From: Lenisia limosa
Lineage: Eukaryota; Protista; Breviatea
Assembly (NCBI GenBank): GCA_001655205.1
Contig: LPNZ01008612.1
Coordinates: 1-54,528, forward strand
Length of the DNA: 54,528 bases
Reading direction: 5' to 3'
The notes under the pieces were generated by a model. The model did not search any database. It was not told where the DNA came from and was given only the letters and a program-made list of their open reading frames with translations. The position numbers were made by a program, and so were the translations under genes. Of the stretch, positions 47,017 to 54,528 are shown piece after piece (position 1 is the first letter of the stretch; every line of letters begins with the position of its first letter).

Positions 47017-50000
47017 TCAAACTCCATATCCTTATAATGGTCAGTGGCACAGTCGATGGCAAGGAGAATGCTCTTCAGAGTTCTGCTGGGTGAGATATCC
47101 TGAAATGGCAAAAGTGTGAAGAACGATTGGCCAGGTGTATTTGAGGGGATGCGTAAAAGCACAACTCTGATTTGGAAGGGTGGTGAAGCTGATTATTTGT
47201 GATCAGAAGGCACATATTTTATGAAACTAACCCTGCAAGACTGTTTCTTCCCTCCTGCATCAAGTCCGCCTCGAAGGTGCGAATCTAAAAGGTGAGTCAT
47301 CATAGACGACTGAAATACCCCTAAAGGTGTTCTGCTTCAAGTATTCAAAGACCTAATGAAACGCCCTATTAACTTCTATTAAGCTGATGAAACGCAACCC
47401 CAAGTCACTGATAAGCTAATTGTATCACCAATATTATATAGCAATGAGAAATAAACAATAAGATTGTATCTAGCCAAGTCCACACCATCACGCTTATCAG
47501 AGATATTGGATTATAGTACAATATTAATTCACCCAATCATTTGCCTTACAACCCGCTAAGAAAGGGTGAATGTACTATTAGTTTTGCACTCATACCCCAC
47601 TCTCCCCACAGTGTTGTAGAGGTCCCCGAGGGCAGCCATGATGGTCTTCATTTTCTCTCTCCGCACCCTTGACAACTTTTCCACCCGTCGGCCGAAGTCG
47701 GAAACCGCACCAATTTGGGTCCATCCACCTCCTCCAGCTGGGGGGGAGGGGAGGAGGTAAAAATAGGAAAATTTGAAACAAAAAAAAAGAAAAAAAAAAA
47801 AAAAATANNNNNNNNNNNNNNNNNNNNNNNNNNNNNNNNNNNNNNNNNNNNNNNNNNNNNNNNNNNNNNNNNNNNNNNNNNNNNNNNNNNNNNNNNNNNN
47901 NNNCAAAAATAATGCAATATTGCAGTGAGGTAAGGGTGTATAATGAGGGGTGTGTGTGTGTTTGTAAATCTTAAAGATCGGAACATTTCCGTGCATACTT
48001 GTTGCAGTTTGGCCCTTTTTCTCGAGGTCCGAAAGTGCTTTAAGGGGGGCAGTTGCCCAAAAGTGCCTGCATGGATCAGTTTACTGTACACACTATGTAT
48101 AGATTACGTGACCCTGCGAATAAAGAGCCCAGTGACATATACACATATAAATAAATGCCTTACTTCTATATTTGGTAATACAGTTTCCACTTTATTTATC
48201 AATATGTACACACATGTATATGATATATCATATAGTATAATATGTATTTTCTTTGGGATTAGTAGGCCTGAGTGATGCCGCTACTCTATACGATATAAAA
48301 TATCGGACCTATCATGAGGAAAATGTTCATTTCAAGGAGACACCAACCTCAATAGTTCGGAAGAGGTTTTGGACAGGCGGCGGATGTTGGCCATGGTATC
48401 TGGAGGCACCACGTTGTCTGAACTGTTAGTTTCCTCTCAGCTCTTTGGCACATGACACAGAGGCTAAATTATCCCTATCATCCCTTAGTAGCTTATGGAA
48501 GGATTACGCAATACAACAATCACCTAACCCTTCTATGTTGACCCCACCGTCATTGTTCTCGAGAGTCAACCGAGCACTATGCGTGATGGCTGTGAGCGCC
48601 TTGACCAATGCCGCATGATCAGGCTAAATATTTAGTCCACATAAGAACATCCTAAATATTTTGTCTAAACGGGTACAATGGAGATTAATTAATTGGTGTA
48701 ACACCTGAAGTACAGGTAAAAGGTTAATTGCCCGCTTACCACGACTGGTTTGAAGGGTGTGCAGATAAAATCTTTTCGCTCGTTGAGAAACTGAAGCAAT
48801 TACATATGATATACTATTCCATTTGTTACAGAGCTTTAGGTTCACGTATACACTCAACAGAAAAAGCAAGCTATGAAATAATAATAAAATAATAAAACAT
48901 CATTTTGCCACAATGTGCATCAGATTGGCCTGCCCGCTAACCTTACAGACGTCCTTTGCCCTGTTCATCTTAGTCTCATCCTCGGGGTCAATCTCCTCCC
49001 ATTTCCACTCGATACGCTCGAGGGGCACACCGTGCGTCTTCTACAGCATCAGGGGGAAGGAAATCCTTTTGAAATAGCAACGAGGAACTATAATCAAATA
49101 TCGTTATTGGGGATTTATAACAGCATCATACTCTGAGAGTCAGAAAGACGTCCTTGACATTATCCGAAGGGACTGTTTTGGTAGTGATGTCGTCCCCTGC
49201 ACTTGTCTTGCTGTCATCAGAGGTATCGTTGGTTATGTAGATGTACGTCTATTAGAGTGAGCAAAGGTAGAAGAGCCAAGGTTATGTGTAGTAGTTCTAT
49301 AATCACTTGAGTACAAACAAGGGAATTTCCAACAAGACCCACATCAGGGTCTTGTCCCATCAAGTCATTGTGTTTGGCAAGATACTTGCTTTTTTTCTCC
49401 ACTGGTTTCTAAACGGGTGAAACAGGCCAAATAGGATTAGTATGGTGATGAAAAATGAAGCTATATTAACAATGAAACAGGAAATTCAGATTTAAACGAG
49501 GAGAGCCCTTTTGACCTTTGTCCGTGGATTCAATTTCGTGTTACATATGAAAGACATCATATGATACCATAAGTCTACACAATTTCAACAAACCTTGACC
49601 ACTTTGAGTACTGTTTCACCATGTCTGGAAAGTCAGAAAAACTAAAAGAGAATGTAGATAGGAAGAGAGATATTATCGTAGGCTGAATAAATGGGGAAAC
49701 TCTTTTTGTGGCAGCAAAAGTAACTCCTTAGAATTCCATCATACCTGTTAAATCTGCGTGAAAGTGAGGTAACACTCTCATTGCTAGGTTTGACCTTCTT
49801 TTGTGTCACCTTCAGGGTTAGTAACTTGTCATTAATGTACTAAATGAAAGAATAGGTTAAGTTTGGTGCATTCTCAAAAAAGCAGTAGTTTTGAAACCAA
49901 AAGGAACAAATATCCTCGAATTGCACCCTAGTCAGCCCCATTGCCCTCCAACGTCGAGATTGGCCAATTGGTCTTCAATTACAAGAAGATGCTCCCTACT

Positions 50001-53000
50001 GGCACTTGCAACGTGGATGGTTGATTCCAGACCTACGATATAAAAATGAGAAGGATGGTGGGAAGAAGAAGAAGGACGAGAAGAATAATATTGTATAATG
50101 GGGATGAATTCAAATTATACCAACCATTGTCCTCTGCTGCAATACATGGTAAAAAGATATCTTCATCAGTCGTGGGAAGATCTGCTCTTGTTCGGTCGCG
50201 ATGGAAGTATGACGATTCGAAATACCTCTTCCAGAATTCAGCTTCAGACATCTGAAGGTGTCACTTTGGCCATTTCACAGTGTTACACAAAGAATAAACA
50301 CTATTACATATTTATTATGATATAATATGCAGAAAAATGATGGAATCTCTTAACTAATTATGCACCAGAAACAACGGAGCTATTCATTAACATACTTTAT
50401 GCGGTACTTTGGCTTGAAACAGTCGCTCCACTGAAGGGTTCTCCAAAAATATCTGGAGTATTTACAGTTTTTTGTGGAGCAAAAGGGTGGGTGGAATGTA
50501 ATGAAGACCATGCCTTTATAAAGTGGCTATTATATTCGCGGATCTGGTGCCAAGAAGGTCGGTATTTCAACACAAACTCAAGATACCGTACCTGTCGAAC
50601 GAGTTGAGGAGTGACACGATATGTGAACTTCTGTCCAGCCTATCATGGGTAAGAGAGTGCGGGTGTATGGAAGTCAATTATTGAAGAAACATTTCAAAAT
50701 GCAGAAATGACAGGTTTTGAGATATAAAGCAGCATCAATCCCCTTCCCCCTGTCCCTTGACCACTTGTCCATATCGTATACAGTATCAACATGAGGTACG
50801 CATTACAGTACCTGGGCCGTGGGGCGGACTAGTGAGACCGGGGCAGTGGGGATGGCGTCATCAGATGGGTGAATGGGGATGAGGTTCTACGGTGTCAGAC
50901 GGAGTAAGAAATATTGTGAAAAATTAAATTATGAAGAGGTGAGTGCGATTATGAGGGACCAACTGGTCATTGAGGAGTTAATGTGCAGGATAACAGTCCA
51001 ACAATTGTGTTTCATAAAGAACAATGCCCCATAGTGTGTTCCTCCCGACCCACTCTGTGCTTCTCCCAGAACTCATCATCGGTAATGATCTTCTTGATCA
51101 CAAGCTGCTTATGCAACTAAAATGTCAGAGTAGAATATAAGGTGAATTATGCCCCTCTCCTGCCGCCACCCACATCAGCCAGTTCCTTGTCGTCCTTGAG
51201 GACCTTCACCTTCGCCTTGCGGAGAAGTTCAGCCGTAGTGTCAGCATTTCGTTTCAGGGGACTGTGGAGGGAAGTCAGAGGATCACTTCTCTGGTGTTAC
51301 AGAATGGACATTTAGTGTCAGGTCACCAGTAGACTTGCAACTAAGCAACTCCTATAATTATATATGAATCCCCCTCCCCCCACGGCAAAGAGGGTGACGA
51401 TGATAGCGGCGGCCCTACAATGTGAGCTGCCTCACGTGCAGAACTGGGAATATAGCTTCATATAATACAAGTTATACCTGGAAGAAGTAGATATCATCAT
51501 TTCATAATGTATGTATAGACACTGCGATATAACTCCTACATCCTGATGCAGCGACGTAAACTGATATGGTATGGTCCGAAAGTGTCCAGTAGTACCCTTT
51601 TTTGTGGTATTACCATTGCCCACTTTGTTGATTTGGTGTTGGAAGAGGCGGTGAGGGGGTCGNNNNNNNNNNNNNNNNNNNNNNNNNNNNNNNNNNNNNN
51701 NNNNNNNNNNNNNNNNNNNNNNNNNNNNNNNNNNNNNNNNNNNNNNNNNNNNNNNNNNNNNNNNNNNNNNNNNNNNNNNNNNNNNNNNNNNNNNNNNNNN
51801 NNNNNNNNNNCACAAAGCTTAATCTGCCGTACTCCACCCTTTTGGCCTACAGTAGAACTGGGATGCAGGAGGAGAAGAGGTCATTGGAGGCGACGGAGAT
51901 GGGATGGCTGTGGTGTAAACTAAGAAATATCTCTATATTTACTATGTTCTGAGCTATTCTATTTTCATTTCAGATGTGGATAGATAGTCCTACCAGTGAT
52001 GGGAGAGGCCAGGAGGCGTGGTTGGGGTTGTTGGGGAATTTGGAGATTTGAAGGAGCGGTTGGGGCCTGGGAATTATTCAAGTGAAAAAAATAAAACAAT
52101 AATCATAATTAAAAAAAAAAAGATTTTTTAAAATGATTCACTCAATATTGTGAGATTTCAACCCTCTTTACGAACTAAAAGAAAGTTCAAATCAAAACCC
52201 ACAAATAAAATCCAACAAACCTGGGGGCGGGTGGCGGTTAATGTCGGCATTGGCGGACCAAGACCGTTTTTGGAGGGCCGAATAATGGCAGCCACGGGGG
52301 AANNNNNNNNNNNNNNNNNNNNNNNNNNNNNNNNNNNNNNNNNNNNNNNNNNNNNNNNNNGAAAACTCAAATCAGAATATGTCCTCTTAACACCAGACAC
52401 AGACAAGTGAAAGGGGTGGGTTCAAATTTAATTTAGACAAAAGTGAAAGACAAAAGGAAATTTTCAGTTCATATTTCCATTAGATTTTTACAGCATCCCG
52501 TGAAGTTGCCATTAGTTTACTAACCACCCAACCAGAAGGCCCAACAGTAGGTGCGGATGACACCATACCAACAGCTCCCCGCGTCCTCTCAATGTTTTGA
52601 ATCTGGACAGTAAGACTTCGATGCTGGGTTCCTCAAACAGGTTTGCTCTCTGGTCCAACCTATTATCAATATATCGATATATATCGATATACTATATCTA
52701 TATTATATATACACATAAAAATAAGTTTGCAATGCGAAGAAAGCAGGCGTTAGGGTTAAACGATAATAACACCCAAAGAATGGGATAAGTAGCCGTACGA
52801 TGCCGTACGATGCAAGAGGGCCTTGTACATTCAAAAATACCGTCATTGTGAATAAGCTCATGGTTACTTCAAAAAAGCTACTCCATTTAACAAGTTAATT
52901 GGAAGAAGATAAGTCGATTTTAAATCTAAACCCCCATCAGTCTGCTCCGTACCTTCGCAATTTCCTTTACAGCCAAGTCTGATAGCGGTTTATTGGTACC

Positions 53001-53461
53001 GAAATGGAAGATAACCTGGGCCTGTTTCATGTCTGCTGTCCTGGACGTGATGCGCAGGAAATACTGCCCATTTTTCTGCGCACATCCGGTGTCTGTGGTG
53101 TAATTTGAGAAGAATCGATCTGGTATTCAAGGAGTAGATGTGCCTGCAAATTGGAATTTACAATACAAACCATAGGGACCCAACCCTTGTTACATCAATC
53201 TATTTGCCTCTCTGTAACACTCCCCCTCCCCCCCATCAGTATAGAAATGAGACAATTAACAAGGTTGAATCTGGTAGAAGCAGCCAAAGTTTATTAAGGG
53301 AATCATGATAGAGAGCAGAACATCCTCCCACTTAGGATAGTGTTAGCCTTTAAGCTGAAAAGCACTCGGTCATTTTCTCTGAACTCTACAGCCTCAGTGG
53401 TACAGACAAACATTCCCTTCCTCTTTTGGCACATTGCCACTCCTTTGACAAGCACCGACAT
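47017..53461 (-). CDS. GTF2H1: TFIIH subunit p62/Tfb1 (PH domain, Pro/Ser-rich linker, two BSD domains)
   Basis: PH-like ..YFLRI..VIFHFG; BSD1 LHKQLVIKKIITDDEFWEKHR; BSD2 IFLENPSVERLFQAKVPHKMSEAEFWKRYFESSYFHRDR; HFW motif near the C-terminus. Confidence 0.88.
47436..47552 (-). repeat. Intronic dispersed repeat, copy D (p62 intron ~47290-47610)
   Basis: Matches copies A, B and C as listed in those entries. Confidence 0.85.
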
Positions 53462-54235
53462 GCTAGCTGCCCTGGATAAGGTCAAGGGATCAGGCCGAAT
53501 CCCCATAGTACTATGCAACGAAATATTGCTAAAAATAGGTATGCAACATTTTCGTGTTAACCATTCCCACAAAGACAAAAAACCGACCAGAGAAAGAGCG
53601 TTCAACTCTGAGGCAGGCACAGATTGTGCAGCACTGGAAATTGCGTCTACCCAGCTTTGTACGGTTTATTAGACACTTTAAGTTCTATTTTAAATCCAGA
53701 AGAGGGAGAGGTTCACTTTGAACAGCAGAACTTTCTCAACCAGGCTTTAGTATGACTTCTCTGTCTTCTGACCTGAAGCAAAATCTTCTACCTACTCAAA
53801 TAATATTGCTACGCGCCTTTCATCAATGTGCTGTTCACACGTTCACAGCTTTGTTTTCATGAAAAAAAAAAACCTGGGGTGGTGTTGAGAGAAGTTGTTA
53901 TTATTATTTAAAGAGCATACCTGACAAAAGATATGTTCACCTCCACTCTGGTAGTTGATAATGGATAAAAGCGGCGGTGTACACTGTATTTTCAGTGGCG
54001 GTGTACGCTATCTAAGACAAAACATCTAAAAATACCCATAATAGCAACAATCCATCTCCCTCAGACAGGAGGGTTCCGAAAAACACGTGTTTTCTAGAGT
54101 GGCGGTGGTGAACGCATTTTGGGGAGTGACCCCCCTTTGGCAATTCAAAACACACTGGCCGCCAGTGTCTGGCGCCAGTGTCCGTAAAAACAAATTAAAT
54201 TCACGTTTTGATTTTAATGCTGTTTGTCATTTTAT

Positions 54236-54528
54236 ATGGTGTGTGGTGGTGGGTGGTGGTGTCACATTTCCAGGGAGTTGAACCCCCTTAAATCCAACTG
54301 TTCAACTTCCATACAAATACATTTAAAATTGAACAATTTTACCAGACTTTAAGTGGAAAGTCAGGACTAGCAGCTCCTCTACAAGGGTTATGATGAGGAT
54401 ATTGTTAACGTGATAGTATTCATTCAATTGCTAAGCTAGGAAGAGTAAAACAGTCCTACAGAGTTCTAACAGAGCCCCCTCCCCCCCCCGCGCCCAAGCC
54501 TACAGCACCACCTAAGCCTCACAGATCC
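54236..54528 (+). CDS. Possible 5' part of a proline-rich protein running off the window
   Basis: Open frame SYRVLTEPPPPPAPKPTAPPKPHRS at the window end, preceded by splice-like sites. Confidence 0.3.

Noticed and set aside
47436-47552. Repeat family as a C/D box snoRNA (TGATT, CTGA and GTGATGG in host-sense copy D)
   Set aside because: The C-like and D-like boxes are not conserved in copies A and C, and there is no terminal D box.

Overview
Compact, intron-rich eukaryotic genomic DNA with many N gaps. It is probably an amoebozoan-like protist, which is an inference from gene content and is not provable here. The ORF track shows only exon fragments, so I spliced gene models by hand and boundaries are approximate. 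Gene order: triple-RING RBR-like E3 (-, runs off the left edge), vWA protein (+), RNGTT-type mRNA capping enzyme (-), SatP-type acetate channel (+), ankyrin + importin-alpha-like ARM protein (+), ZCCHC9-like zinc knuckle (-), AADAT-like protein (+), RUN/coiled-coil/PH protein (-), coactosin-like ADF-H (+), Hippo/MST kinase with SARAH (-), GT2-GT2-GT4 glycosyltransferase (+), a possible small gene (+), TFIIH p62 (-), and a possible partial gene (+). Main observations: (1) the capping enzyme keeps its cysteine-phosphatase domain but the P-loop lacks catalytic Cys and Arg; (2) the aminotransferase lacks its PLP lysine; (3) the Hippo kinase APE motif is split by an AT-AC intron whose donor does not fit the U12 consensus; (4) a ~110-bp repeat family sits in introns of four genes in host-sense orientation; (5) two genes look prokaryote-like yet are intron-rich. 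No rRNA, tRNA, CRISPR array or autonomous transposon was recognised.
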